64,000 bases of DNA. Origin: an uncultured Actinomycetota bacterium (GTDB taxonomy: Bacteria > Actinomycetota > Actinomycetes > DATJPE01). Of this stretch, positions 47,506-57,672 are shown piece by piece. Each line of letters starts with the position of its first letter. The first letter of the stretch is position 1. Location of the stretch: the NCBI GenBank assembly GCA_963819985.1, contig CAWFYH010000004.1, forward strand, positions 397,422-461,421, read 5' to 3'. The position numbers and the translations under genes are program-made. The notes under the pieces were generated by a model that saw only the letters and a program-made list of their open reading frames with translations, made no database searches and was not told the DNA's origin.

Positions 47506-48025
47506 GGCCCACCTCACCTCTAACCTCGACCACCGGCTCGTCCGATCGTGGGCCAACGGCACCTCGGAGCTTGGCCAGCCCTTTCGACGCCTGGCTCTTC
47601 ACCGTGCCCACCGAGCACCCGAGCTCGCGGGCGACCTCGGCCTCGGACAGGTCCTCGTAGTAGCGCAGGACGACGACCTGGCGTTGTCGCAAGGGCAAAC
47701 CGGCCAGCGCACCGGAGAGCAAGAAGCGGTCATCGGAAGGGCCGAACGCGTCCACGGACGGAACGTCGGGCACCGCGCCCGTCGGCGACTCGCGACGCCA
47801 CAGCCGACGCGACCACGCGATCTGTTGGCGGACCATGACTGCTCGGACGTACGCCTCCGGCCGGTCGTCACCGATCCGGGACCAGTGCGGCCAGGTACGC
47901 GCCAACGCCGCCTGCAGCAGGTCTTCCGCCATGTGGGCCTCTCCCGTGAGCATCCACGCCGTCCGGAGCAGGGCAGGCGAGCGCGCCGCGACGAACGCGG
48001 CGAAACCGTCCGGCTCCGATGCCAC
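47498..48025 (-). CDS. ECF sigma factor, SigE-like (sigma-70 ECF)
   Basis: AEDLLQAAL, YVRAVM, LPLRQRQVVVLRYYEDLSEAEVA, VGTVKS. GGAGG RBS. Confidence 0.92.
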   Translation of the reverse strand: MASEPDGFAAFVAARSPALLRTAWMLTGEAHMAEDLLQAALARTWPHWSRIGDDRPEAYVRAVMVRQQIAWSRRLWRRESPTGAVPDVPSVDAFGPSDDRFLLSGALAGLPLRQRQVVVLRYYEDLSEAEVARELGCSVGTVKSQASKGLAKLRGAVGPRSDEPVVEVRGEVGHD

Positions 48026-48202
48026 GCACACCTCCCCGTCACTGACCTGAAGCGGCTGGGCCCACCGAAAGGTTGCCCGACTCCCCCAGGATGCGGGCTC
48101 ACTCCGCCAACCAGCCGGTCCCGAAGCGGTCATGGGAGAAGGCCCCGCGGCGCTATCATTGGCACTCGTACCCCACGAGTGCCAGCCCCGGAGGACCATC
48201 CC

Positions 48203-48619
48203 GTGCCGACCTACCAGTACGTCTGCACCGAGTGCGACGCCCCGCTCGAGGCCGTCCAGTCGTTCACCGACGACGCCCTGACGGTCTGCCCCGTCTGCAG
48301 CGGCCGCCTGCGCAAGGTGTTCACGGCCGTCGGCGTCGTCTTCAAGGGCTCCGGCTTCTACCGCAACGACTCGCGCGCCAAGGAATCCGCCAACGGGTCC
48401 GGTGACGGCAAGAAGTCTGACGACAAGAGCGCCGGGGACAAGAAGTCCGAAGACGCCAAGGCCGGCGGCAAGGAATCAGCGGGAACTACGTCCTCCGGCA
48501 AGGGCTCCGCCTCCTCGGAGAAGTCGGTCAGCTCATCGCCCAGCAAGGACAGCAAGTCCTCAGCACCAGTGCCCAGCAAGTCAGGCTCCGGCAGCTCGAG
48601 CGGCAGCTCCGCCGCCTGA
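48203..48619 (+). CDS. FmdB family zinc-ribbon protein with Lys/Ser-rich tail
   Basis: PTYQYVCTEC...CPVCSG, FKGSGFYRND. Confidence 0.9.
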   Translation: MPTYQYVCTECDAPLEAVQSFTDDALTVCPVCSGRLRKVFTAVGVVFKGSGFYRNDSRAKESANGSGDGKKSDDKSAGDKKSEDAKAGGKESAGTTSSGKGSASSEKSVSSSPSKDSKSSAPVPSKSGSGSSSGSSAA

Positions 48620-48683
48620 CCGCGCAGCGAAACCCGCCTGTGGACGGCCCGCTGCGGCAACCCTCCCCCACTAGCCTCGAACC

Positions 48684-49565
48684 ATGACGAGCGACGCGGC
48701 GTTCCTGGCGCCCTCCGCCCACCCCACGGCCGCCCAAGGGCGCTCCCCGGCCGACGGACGCCCCACCGCCGAGATCGGCGTCATCGGGGGCACCGGCTTC
48801 TATGAGTTCCTCGACGACGCCGAGGAGCTCACGGTCGAGACGCCGTACGGTCTCCCGTCCGACCCGATCGTGCTCGGCACCGTCGCAGAGCGGCGGGTGG
48901 CCTTTGTCCCTCGGCACGGTCGTGACCACCGATTCCCACCGCACCGCGTCCCTTACCGCGCCAACCTCTGGGCGCTGCGCTCCCTCGGGGTCCGGCAGGT
49001 GCTCGGCCCGTGCGCCGTCGGTGGCCTTCGCCCCAACCTCGGCCCCGGCACCCTCGTCGTCCCAGACCAGTTCGTCGACCGTACGTCTGGCCGCGTGCAG
49101 ACGTACTACGACGAGGGCGCCGTCCACGTCTCCCTCGCCGATCCCTACTGCCCCACAGGGCGTGCGGCCGCGCTGGCCAGCGGTCGAGCAGCCCAGTGGT
49201 CCCCCACTGACGGTGGCACGCTCGTGGTGATCGAAGGCCCCCGGTTCTCCACCCGCGCCGAGTCGAGGTGGTTCAGCACCAACGGCTGGTCGGTGGTCGG
49301 CATGACCGGCCATCCAGAGGCGACCCTCGCCCGCGAGCTGGCGCTGTGCTACACCTCCATCGCGGTGGTCACCGACATCGACGCCGGCGTCGAGCAGGGC
49401 CATGGCGTCACCCACGCCGAGGTGCTCGAGGTGTTCGCCTCCACCATGGCGCATCTTCGTGACGTCCTGCTCGACACCATCCCGCGGCTGCCCAGCAGTG
49501 ACGTGCGGTCGTGTGAGTGCGGCAAGGCCGTCGAAGGCCTGCGTCTGCCGTTCGACCTTCCCTGA
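48684..49565 (+). CDS. mtnP: S-methyl-5'-thioadenosine phosphorylase
   Basis: IGVIGGTG, RHGRDH, EGPRFSTRAE, GMT, VTDID. Confidence 0.92.
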   Translation: MTSDAAFLAPSAHPTAAQGRSPADGRPTAEIGVIGGTGFYEFLDDAEELTVETPYGLPSDPIVLGTVAERRVAFVPRHGRDHRFPPHRVPYRANLWALRSLGVRQVLGPCAVGGLRPNLGPGTLVVPDQFVDRTSGRVQTYYDEGAVHVSLADPYCPTGRAAALASGRAAQWSPTDGGTLVVIEGPRFSTRAESRWFSTNGWSVVGMTGHPEATLARELALCYTSIAVVTDIDAGVEQGHGVTHAEVLEVFASTMAHLRDVLLDTIPRLPSSDVRSCECGKAVEGLRLPFDLP

Positions 49566-49580
49566 CCCCGGGTTTTCGCC

Positions 49581-50288
49581 GTGCAGACCGCACTGAGACC
49601 AGGCGCCGGACCGTCCACCGCACACCCGACGCGACGCCGGTGGGTGCGCGCCTTCCGCGCTCGTCGGCGCTGGATCGCCGCCGTGCTGGTCGCCGGCGCG
49701 GTCGCGTTCGGGCTCGATGCCGTTTCCCCGCAGCCTCCGCCGGTGAAGCAGATCGTGGTCGCGGCCAGCGAGCTCCCTCCTGGCACGTTGCTCGACAGCT
49801 CTGACCTACGGCTGGCCGCCTGGCCGGCCGCTCTCGCGCCCGACACGGCGGCGTCGTCGGTGACCGACCTGGTGGGCCGAACCCTCGCCGCCGGCCTGTC
49901 CAGGGGCGAGGCGGTCACGTCGATGCGGCTGGTCGGCCCGACGCTGGCCAGCGCCCTTCTCGAGTCCGGCCGCGTCGCGACGCCCGTACGGCTGGCCGAT
50001 CCCACCGTCGCCGCGCTGCTGCACCCCGGAGATCGGATCGATCTGGTGGCCGCGCAGGCAGGGTCCAGCGACCCCGTGTCGGGGGGTACGGCTCCCGCTG
50101 ATGCCCGTGTCGTCGCTCCAACCGCACTCGTGCTGTCGGTGGTGCAACCCGACCAGGGCGGTTCAGTGCTCGTGGGCGGCGCGACCACTGCGTCCGGGCT
50201 GCTCGTCGTCGCAGTCTCACGGACGGAAGCCCTGGCCCTGGCTCGAGCCAGCCTGCTCGGGCCGTTGAGCGTGCTGCTCGTGGGCTGA
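49581..50288 (+). CDS. SAF / RcpC-CpaB domain protein
   Basis: VVAASELPPG, GEAVT, LLHPGDRIDLV. Confidence 0.8.
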   Translation: MQTALRPGAGPSTAHPTRRRWVRAFRARRRWIAAVLVAGAVAFGLDAVSPQPPPVKQIVVAASELPPGTLLDSSDLRLAAWPAALAPDTAASSVTDLVGRTLAAGLSRGEAVTSMRLVGPTLASALLESGRVATPVRLADPTVAALLHPGDRIDLVAAQAGSSDPVSGGTAPADARVVAPTALVLSVVQPDQGGSVLVGGATTASGLLVVAVSRTEALALARASLLGPLSVLLVG

Positions 50289-50379
50289 GCCCGATCGTTT
50301 GCAGAGTTTGATCCGCGTTCGCCGATCTCGCTAGGTTCGTTGCGTACGGGGCCGCGAACGCTGAACGGAAAGGCGCGCC

Positions 50380-50769
50380 ATGCTCAAGGGCTTCAAGGAG
50401 TTCATCTCCCGCGGGAACGTCGTCGACCTAGCGGTCGCCGTGGTCATCGGCGCTGCGTTCGCCACGGTGATCAAGGCCGTGCTCGACGGCCTGATCACTC
50501 CGCTCGTCGCAGCGATCTTCGGCGAGCCAGACCTAACGAGAGTCGGTACCTTCACCATCAACGAGGCGGACTTCAGCATCGGCGTGGTCCTCGATGCGAT
50601 CGTCTACTTCGTGACCGTCGCGGCCGCGATCTACTTCCTGGTGATCGTGCCCATGAACAAGATGAAGGAGCTGCAGGCTCGCAGGGCCGGCCAGCCGGAG
50701 GAAGCCGCCTCCGAGTCCGAGCTCGACGTGCTTCGCCAGATCCGCGACCAGCTCAGCTCCCGCGACTGA
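50380..50769 (+). CDS. mscL: Large-conductance mechanosensitive channel
   Basis: FKEFISRGNVVDLAVAVVIG, LRQIRDQL. Confidence 0.97.
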   Translation: MLKGFKEFISRGNVVDLAVAVVIGAAFATVIKAVLDGLITPLVAAIFGEPDLTRVGTFTINEADFSIGVVLDAIVYFVTVAAAIYFLVIVPMNKMKELQARRAGQPEEAASESELDVLRQIRDQLSSRD

Positions 50770-50796
50770 GCGTCCAGCGACACCGACGAGTGGCGT

Positions 50797-50834
50797 CGAA
50801 CGGGTCGGTCCAGACGCTCAGACCGCCCCGTTCG
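50797..50834. terminator. Hairpin between convergent mscL and the small ORF
   Basis: CGAACGGG-t-CGGTC ... GACCG-c-CCCGTTCG. Confidence 0.5.
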
Positions 50835-50857
50835 CGACCACTCGACGAGGGGACGCG

Positions 50858-51007
50858 TCAGTCGCCGTGATGCGGAGGTACGTCCCTTAGGAAGCGGTCG
50901 AGGTCGTCCGGGTCGCCCTCGCGCGACGCCACCTCGTCACCCCAGCCGCCGTCGGTCTCGTCGGAAGTCGTGTCGGGAAGGACCGGTTCTTCCGGCCCGG
51001 AAGTCAT
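50858..51007 (-). CDS. 49-aa acidic small protein ending PPHHGD (not in the ORF track)
   Basis: MTSGPEEPVLPDTTSDETDGGWGDEVASREGDPDDLDRFLRDVPPHHGD; ATG 10 nt after the upstream stop; GC-rich third positions. Confidence 0.65.
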   Translation of the reverse strand: MTSGPEEPVLPDTTSDETDGGWGDEVASREGDPDDLDRFLRDVPPHHGD

Positions 51008-51016
51008 GCGGTCACC

Positions 51017-52390
51017 TCAGGAATCGAGCTCGCCCAGCGCGGACTCGATGGCCCGGTGGAAGGTCGGATACGCCCAGATCATCGATCGCAGGGTGGCCAA
51101 CGGGACCTGCCCAGCGATGGCCACGGCCAGCGCCGACATGACCTCCCCGCCGGAGGGTCCGACGACGGTCCCTCCGACGAGCACGCCGCGATCCGCGTCG
51201 GCCACCAGCTTGACGACGCCGGAGGCCTTGGCGATCCAGCCTCGTGCCGACGTACTCAGGTCGTAGTCCACGGCCGCGACCCGCAATCCCTTGTCGCGCG
51301 CGGCAGACTCGGTCAGGCCAACGGCGCCGACCTCGGGATCGGTGAACGTCACCCGGGGCATGGCCGCATAGCTGGCCGGGGCGTGATCGTTGCCGAGCAG
51401 GTCGGCCACGACGATCGCCGCTTGATACATCGACGTATGGGTGAACGCGCCCTTGCCTGTGACGTCGCCCACGGCCCAGGCGCGGTCCGCTCCATCGATG
51501 CGGCACCGCTCATCGATAGGCATGGCGCGCAGCGACTCGTCCACCCCGAGCGCACCCGCGCCCAGGACGCTCAGGTCGACCTTGCGACCGGTGGCCACCA
51601 GCAGACGCTCACCATGAACTTCACCGGCGCTGGTCGTGACGGTGAACTGAGACCCGTCATGAGTGACCCGGTCGGCCTTCGCGCCGACCATGACGGTGAT
51701 GCCCTCGGCGGCGAAAGTCTTGGCGATGACCTCCGACGCCTCAGGCTCCTCCAGTGCCAGCAGCCGCTCCGCAGCCTCGACAACGGTCACGTCGGCACCG
51801 AAGCGTGAGAACACCTGCGCGAGCTCCAGCCCGATCGCACCACCACCGAGCACCACCAACGAACGTGGGACCTCCTCGGTCTCGATGGCCCCACGGTTGG
51901 TCCAGTACGGCGTGTCCGACAGCCCGCCGATAGGGGGTATGGCTGCCGATGACCCGGTTCCCACGACCAGCGCCTTGGTTGCTTCGTACTCGACGCCGTC
52001 GACCTCGACCACCAGAGGCGCCAGGATCTTGCCGGCGCCCTTGACCACCTTGGCGCCCTTGTCGACCAGCCGGTCGACGGCCACCTTGTCGTCCCAGGTG
52101 TCGGTGGCTTCCTCGCGGATGCGCGTGGCGACCGGCGCCCAGTCGGGGGTCACCGATGCCGTGCCGGCCAGCCCGTCGACACGGCGGGCCTCGGCCAGCG
52201 CGTCTGACGCCCGGATCATCATCTTGCTGGGAATGCAGCCCCAGTAGGGGCACTCGCCGCCGACGAGCTCCTTGTCGATCCCGACCACAGACCAACCCGC
52301 CTCCGCGAGCTTGCCGGCCACATCCTCGCCTCCCGGACCCAGCCCGAGAACGACAGCATCGACGACCTCACGGTCTGCAGCTTCAGCCAT
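51017..52390 (-). CDS. Class I pyridine nucleotide-disulfide oxidoreductase (Lpd-like)
   Basis: GLGPGG, GGECPYWGCIPSK, GGGAIGLE, ATGR, AVGD, FTDPEV; no C-terminal Cys pair. Confidence 0.9.
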   Translation of the reverse strand: MAEAADREVVDAVVLGLGPGGEDVAGKLAEAGWSVVGIDKELVGGECPYWGCIPSKMMIRASDALAEARRVDGLAGTASVTPDWAPVATRIREEATDTWDDKVAVDRLVDKGAKVVKGAGKILAPLVVEVDGVEYEATKALVVGTGSSAAIPPIGGLSDTPYWTNRGAIETEEVPRSLVVLGGGAIGLELAQVFSRFGADVTVVEAAERLLALEEPEASEVIAKTFAAEGITVMVGAKADRVTHDGSQFTVTTSAGEVHGERLLVATGRKVDLSVLGAGALGVDESLRAMPIDERCRIDGADRAWAVGDVTGKGAFTHTSMYQAAIVVADLLGNDHAPASYAAMPRVTFTDPEVGAVGLTESAARDKGLRVAAVDYDLSTSARGWIAKASGVVKLVADADRGVLVGGTVVGPSGGEVMSALAVAIAGQVPLATLRSMIWAYPTFHRAIESALGELDS

Positions 52391-52436
52391 GGGGCCAGCC
52401 TGTCACGCCCCGCCGCGGCGCGCCCACATCAGCCGA

Positions 52437-52480
52437 GCGTCCGACGAAGTGGGGGCTATAACCCGCACTTCGTCGGACGC
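52437..52480. terminator. Long hairpin downstream of the RbpA-family gene
   Basis: 15-bp perfect stem GCGTCCGACGAAGTG / CACTTCGTCGGACGC plus an inner GGG/CCC. Confidence 0.65.
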
Positions 52481-52513
52481 AAGGAATGCCGGGGGGAGCG
52501 GCGGTTCTGGGCG

Positions 52514-52882
52514 TTACCGGTTGCGGAAGTGCGCCAACCGCTCCTGGAGAAGGGCTTCGAGCTCGGCAGTCGTACGGCGCTCGAGCAGCATGTCCCAGTG
52601 GGTCTTGCTGGCCACCATGGTCCGCGGGGACAGCGTCGGAACGCTGAGGTCACCCTCGGTGAGCGATGCCCGACGGGCGGCGGTCTCGTCGCGGTGCGCC
52701 GTACGCCCACACTTGGGGCAGTCCCAGGTGCCCGGAATCTCGTCGGCGTTGGCCGCAAAGTTGAGGGTCAGCACGTGCCCGGTCGGGCAGTGGTAGACCT
52801 CCGGGTGTGCCGGGACGGCCACCACGTTCTCATCGGTCTCATAACTTCGAACCGACATCCCATATCCGCGCAGCGCTGTCAT
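52514..52882 (-). CDS. RbpA-family RNA polymerase-binding protein (probable paralogue)
   Basis: LRGYGMSVRSYETD, YHCPTGH, EIPGTWDCPKCG, KTHWDMLLERRTTAELEALLQERL. GAGGAGG RBS. Confidence 0.88.
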   Translation of the reverse strand: MTALRGYGMSVRSYETDENVVAVPAHPEVYHCPTGHVLTLNFAANADEIPGTWDCPKCGRTAHRDETAARRASLTEGDLSVPTLSPRTMVASKTHWDMLLERRTTAELEALLQERLAHFRNR

Positions 52883-53175
52883 GGCGCACCTCCTCATCAG
52901 TTCTCCCCGTGCCTCTATCTCGACGCACGAGACCGCCGATCCGTTCGCCCGATCGGCTGTGACTCGCGCCACGCCGAGGCGCCCGAACGGGGAATTGGGG
53001 CCCGAGCGGACGGATTTTCAGCCGAATCTCAGGTTTCCGGCGGAACCGCGGCACCCAGCACACCGCCAGCACGAGGGAACCAGGATGCTCAGATGACGCC
53101 CCCAGAAGTCAAATGGCCACGCCTGACCGGCAACAGTTCGACCTACGCGTGGCACCGAATCGATTTCAGGAGATC

Positions 53176-54009
53176 TCAGGAAGTAGACGTCAGTCGGCTG
53201 GTTTGTTCGTGCGCGGCGGCGCGCACGACAATTCGCTGCGCCCCGGCGTAGACGTTCATCGAGGCGTCCCGGTTGAAGCCAACGAGGGTCAGTCCGGCCT
53301 CGCGCGCAAGATCCACTGCCAAGGTCGACGGCGCCGACACTGCCGACAGCACAGGCACTCCGGCCATGGCTGACTTCTGGGTCAGCTCGAAGGAGGCTCG
53401 CCCGCTCACCTGAAGAATCGAACCCGCAGCCGGGAGCAACCCGGACTGCAGCGCCCAGCCGATCACCTTGTCGACGGCGTTGTGCCGACCGACGTCTTCT
53501 CGGACGCACAGCAGATCGCCGGCTGCCGTGAACAAACCTGCCGCGTGCAGTCCGCCCGAACGCTCGAAGGCGCTTTGCTGAGCTCGCAGGGTCGTCGGAA
53601 GCGAAGCGAGCACGTCCTGCTCGATGAGTGGGAGCTCCGGTGAGGGATCGGGTCCACGCCGGGACAGCACTTCCGCGATCGACTCACTTCCGCAGATGCC
53701 ACAGGCGCTACTCGTCGCACCGAGCCGAGGAGCAGGAGCGGCAACGCCCGCGGCCAGCCGTACGTCAACGGTGTCGGCGTCGCACGCGATTGCCTCCACC
53801 ACGTGCTCAGGCTCGCGAACCGATCCTTCGCAGACCAGCCAACCCAGGGCCAGATCGAGGTCGTGTCCAGGCGTGCGCATCGTCGTGGCCACGGTGGTCC
53901 CACCGACCCGGATCGACAGGGGCGCCTCGACCGCGAGCTGGTCAGGAACTTCGCGCGCATCGTGCTCCGATAGTCGGAGCACGCGCCGACCATCGACCAG
54001 GTGTCCCAC
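53176..54009 (-). CDS. fdhD: FdhD sulfurtransferase
   Basis: [40 protein letters not shown]. Start approximate. Confidence 0.93.
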   Translation of the reverse strand: MGHLVDGRRVLRLSEHDAREVPDQLAVEAPLSIRVGGTTVATTMRTPGHDLDLALGWLVCEGSVREPEHVVEAIACDADTVDVRLAAGVAAPAPRLGATSSACGICGSESIAEVLSRRGPDPSPELPLIEQDVLASLPTTLRAQQSAFERSGGLHAAGLFTAAGDLLCVREDVGRHNAVDKVIGWALQSGLLPAAGSILQVSGRASFELTQKSAMAGVPVLSAVSAPSTLAVDLAREAGLTLVGFNRDASMNVYAGAQRIVVRAAAHEQTSRLTSTS

Positions 54010-54117
54010 CCTCCTACGGTCGCACACCGGCTCGCTCTGGACTACGGCGCACGTAGGAAAGCCCCGTATCCCCTGGACACTCTGGCGAAAGACACGCTCG
54101 GCAAAACCGTCTCTCGA

Positions 54118-54765
54118 CTACGGCTGGCCCAACCCGGCCGAACGCGCCTCCAAGATCGCCGCGGTGCGGTCTCTGACCCCCAGCTTGACGAGGATGTGCG
54201 AGACGTTGTTGGCGACCGTCTTCGGAGCGAGGCCTAGCGCTCGACCGATCGCCGCGTTCGACCGCCCGTCGGCCATCAGCTCGAGGACAGAGACCTCGCG
54301 GTCGCTCAGCTGCGGAAAGGCCTGGCGCGGTTCGGCCGCTGCCCGGAGCACCAGCCCGACGGCAGCCGCGGAGACACCTGCTCCCACAACCAGCTGGCCC
54401 GCCGCCACCGCCCGGATCGCCCCGGCGATCTCTTCCTGCTCTGCCCCTTTCACGACGTACCCCCGAGCGCCGGCACGCAGGGCCGAGATGAGCTTGTCCT
54501 CGTCGTTGAACATCGTCAGCACCAAGACCGCGACACCCGGCGCCACGCGCGCCAGCTCGGCGATGGCGCCGATGCCATCGAGCTCTGGCATCTGCAGGTC
54601 CAACAGCGCGACGTCGGGCTTGCACGTCACGACCCGTTGCACGGCCTCGCGACCGTTGGCCGCGACTCCGACGACCTCGATGTCTTCGAGTGAGCTCAGC
54701 AGCTCGCACAGGCCACGGCGCACCACGGGGTGGTCGTCGGCAAGGACCACCCGCACCGTCTTCAT
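54118..54765 (-). CDS. NarL/LuxR-type response regulator
   Basis: LADDHPVV, LLDLQMP, GYVVK, LSDRE..VL, KTVANNVS. Confidence 0.95.
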   Translation of the reverse strand: MKTVRVVLADDHPVVRRGLCELLSSLEDIEVVGVAANGREAVQRVVTCKPDVALLDLQMPELDGIGAIAELARVAPGVAVLVLTMFNDEDKLISALRAGARGYVVKGAEQEEIAGAIRAVAAGQLVVGAGVSAAAVGLVLRAAAEPRQAFPQLSDREVSVLELMADGRSNAAIGRALGLAPKTVANNVSHILVKLGVRDRTAAILEARSAGLGQP

Positions 54766-56756
54766 CGCTGGCTCAGTGGGAGTCGGGCTTCCACCACTCC
54801 ACCCCGTTCGCCCGGGCCGGCGATCAAGGTGCCGCCGAGCTCTTGAACTCGCGTTCGCATCGCCTCTAGACCAACGCCCGCCTTCCAAGGCTCGCGATGC
54901 AACCCATCGTCGCGGACACCGACGACCAGACAGTCGGTCACCTCGAGGCTGACGACAGCCATCGATGCGGCCGAGTGCCGCGCCACGTTTGTCATGGCCT
55001 CCGTGGCGATCCGGAAGGCCGTCACCTCGATGGCGGGCGAGAGAGCAGGCAACGAGTCAGGGGCTTCGACCCGCAGCGCCAAGGGGTACGGCGTCTCGGG
55101 CCTCGACAGCTGGACGGCGCGCGCCCGCAACGCCCCCACGAGGCCAACACGGTCGATGGCCTCGGGTCGCAGGCCATCGACCAGCCGGCGAACCTCGAGC
55201 AAGGTCTCCCTCGCATCAGCCCGGAGCTCGACAAGCACCGACGCAGCACGCTCGGGATCGGAGGTCACCAGGTTGGCCGCGGCGTCGGCGGAGAGACCGA
55301 TCCCGGTCAAAGAAGGTCCCAGCCCGTCATGCAGCTCGTGTCGCAGCCGTTGCCGCTCCTCCTCCCTCGCGCTGATCAGCATCAGCCGCGAGGTGCGTAG
55401 CTCCTCCGAGATCACCAGCGCATGCAACGCCACCGACAGCGGTGCGGCAACGAGCGACAAGGCCTCCTCATCCAGCGAATTCAGCCGACGTTCACCCGGC
55501 CGAGGTTCCACGACGAGCTCGCCGACGTCGTTCCCCCCATATCTCAACGGTAGGTGGCGGGGCGCCGAGCCGGGTTCACCCGAGGCAGCCAGCGTCTCCG
55601 GACCGGCGAGCACGGCGACGTACGGCAGCCTGAGCGCGTTGCGGATTGCGTCCGCGACCGCATCCAGGTCGCCGATCCCATCAAGCTGTTTGCTGACCGC
55701 CCCGACAACGGCCGCGGGGTCGCGCCGCGCCCCATAGACCATCCGCTCGACGGCTCGGCGGAGACCGGGAAGGGAGAAGGCCGCGCCCACCGCGACGCAG
55801 GCCGACAGCACGGCCGCGATCCCCGTGCGCTCAACCAGCTGCGATTCCACCGCGGCGACAACCAGCGCACTACCCAAGACGACGATGCTGCTCAGCAGCA
55901 ACCAGGTCAGGGCACGGGAGACGAACGGTCGGATGTCGTAGAGGCGACCCCGCAGGATCGCCACGGCCACCGCGGCCGGGACGAGCGGGATGGCGAACAG
56001 CACCAGCACCGGCGTGCCAGCCACGAGGCTCCACGGGATCACTCCCAGAACCACGACGGAGGTTGCGAGGATCAGCCAGAGCAACTGCTGCCTCGTCGTG
56101 GAGTCGCCTCGCCGATAACGGACGACCAAGGCGGCGACCCCGGCACCCAGGACCGCGAGGGTTCTCAGCTCGGCGATGGTCCACAGCGGACCCAGCGAGT
56201 CGTAGGAGGAGATCGACCCCCAGGCCGATGGGAGCCCGGGTTGGACGGGCGTCGGGTCCGCGCCCGAGTCGAGCACGAACAACGGCGCGGTGACGAGGAC
56301 CGCGATCAACACCACGCGCCACCGTCGGGAGGGCAGTGTGCCGTCCGGGAACACCAGCAGCATCACGGGGAGGAACAGACCGATCGACCAAGGCCAGGTC
56401 CAGACGAAGATCGAAACCGCCCCGGTGACGGCGGCGGTCGGCGCACCGTGGTCGTGCAGCGCCGATGCGGCGGGCGCGGCGACCGCGCTGGCCAGGTGGC
56501 CGAACCCGCCCAGGACGAGGAGCCAGCCAACGGGGTTGCGCGGTCGGAACCAGACGATGAACCCGCCGCAGACGGCGAACGAGGTCCCGATCAGGGAGTT
56601 GCTCACGACGAAGGCGTTGAGGCTGTCAGACCAGGTCCAGCCGGCGACCCGGGTCAGTGCGACCGCCGTTGCGACCATCGCCACGGCGATCAGCAGAAGC
56701 GCCGGCGCGAAGGAGCTCCGATCTCGGTCGATCCGGTCGGCACCGCCATCTCGCAC
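54762..56756 (-). CDS. Multi-TM HisKA_3 sensor histidine kinase
   Basis: About 8 TM helices, GAF-like region, ERQRLRHELHDGLGP, EAMTNVARHS, DDG, GVGLEAM. Confidence 0.92.
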   Translation of the reverse strand: MRDGGADRIDRDRSSFAPALLLIAVAMVATAVALTRVAGWTWSDSLNAFVVSNSLIGTSFAVCGGFIVWFRPRNPVGWLLVLGGFGHLASAVAAPAASALHDHGAPTAAVTGAVSIFVWTWPWSIGLFLPVMLLVFPDGTLPSRRWRVVLIAVLVTAPLFVLDSGADPTPVQPGLPSAWGSISSYDSLGPLWTIAELRTLAVLGAGVAALVVRYRRGDSTTRQQLLWLILATSVVVLGVIPWSLVAGTPVLVLFAIPLVPAAVAVAILRGRLYDIRPFVSRALTWLLLSSIVVLGSALVVAAVESQLVERTGIAAVLSACVAVGAAFSLPGLRRAVERMVYGARRDPAAVVGAVSKQLDGIGDLDAVADAIRNALRLPYVAVLAGPETLAASGEPGSAPRHLPLRYGGNDVGELVVEPRPGERRLNSLDEEALSLVAAPLSVALHALVISEELRTSRLMLISAREEERQRLRHELHDGLGPSLTGIGLSADAAANLVTSDPERAASVLVELRADARETLLEVRRLVDGLRPEAIDRVGLVGALRARAVQLSRPETPYPLALRVEAPDSLPALSPAIEVTAFRIATEAMTNVARHSAASMAVVSLEVTDCLVVGVRDDGLHREPWKAGVGLEAMRTRVQELGGTLIAGPGERGGVVEARLPLSQR

Positions 56757-56909
56757 CGGCCCAGTGTGCCCCTGTCAGAGTCCCGGAAGGGCGTGAATCT
56801 CTCCCTAGACCACGGGATCAGGTCCCTGTCCGGCGTTCGTTTCGACCTGCCCCCGAGGAACCCACCTCAGTCAGCCTGACGGTCCATCCACTGACCCATC
56901 GGAGGACTT

Positions 56910-57626
56910 ATGGAGACCAACAGTGCTGTCGTTGGTGAGACGCGCGCGAGCCGGCCCCCCCGCGACCTGCGACACACCTCCCGAGTCATGGCTGCGTTGG
57001 TCTTGCCGCTGGGTCCGCTCGCGGTGGCAGTGATCAGGGCAGTACTTCCGTACTACACCGACAGCACGAATGCCTCGACGGTGGACGACGTCGTCGCCAA
57101 CCCGGGCAAGCAGTCCCTTGTCGTCTGGGCAGGCTTCATCGCCGTATTGACCCTGCTTCCGGGGATCTTGGCTGTAGGTCGACTCACCCGTCGGCGGGCA
57201 CCAACCGCCACCTTCGTGGGAGTGGTCCTGGCGGGGATCGGCTATCTCGTGCTGCCGATCATGCTCGCAGCCGACATCCTGCTCTGGACCGGTGCCAATG
57301 CCAGGCTGGACCACGACTCACTCGTGCGTCTCATGGACTCGATGCACCCCACGGTGGGTCTGTCGCTCGGCCTGTTCGTGCTGTGCCACGTGACCGGCAC
57401 GGTGGCTCTCGGCGTCGCCATGTGGCGGAGTGCAGCCGTACCCAGGTGGGCCGCCATCGCCACCGGAATCTCACAGCCTCTTCACTTCATCGCCTTGGTC
57501 TTCCTGACGAACTCCACGGTCGACACCGCGGCCTGGTTGCTCAACGCTGTGGGATTCCTTGCCGCGTCGGTCGCGATCCTGCGCACGCCAGACGACGAGT
57601 GGGAGCTCCCGTCGGTGGTCCAGTGA
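56910..57626 (+). CDS. Six-TM membrane protein divergent from the two-component system
   Basis: Hydrophobic segments; GGAGGA RBS. Function unknown. Confidence 0.7.
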   Translation: METNSAVVGETRASRPPRDLRHTSRVMAALVLPLGPLAVAVIRAVLPYYTDSTNASTVDDVVANPGKQSLVVWAGFIAVLTLLPGILAVGRLTRRRAPTATFVGVVLAGIGYLVLPIMLAADILLWTGANARLDHDSLVRLMDSMHPTVGLSLGLFVLCHVTGTVALGVAMWRSAAVPRWAAIATGISQPLHFIALVFLTNSTVDTAAWLLNAVGFLAASVAILRTPDDEWELPSVVQ

Positions 57627-57672
57627 GCGCGTCACGCTGGTGATGGGTAGGTGCCGGCGGCACACTGCACGG

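Noticed and set aside
51017-52390. Mercuric reductase MerA
   Set aside because: No C-terminal Cys-Cys pair, no HMA domain, no mer genes nearby.
54010-54117. Moco riboswitch before fdhD (also checked near the moa genes)
   Set aside because: No recognisable conserved blocks.
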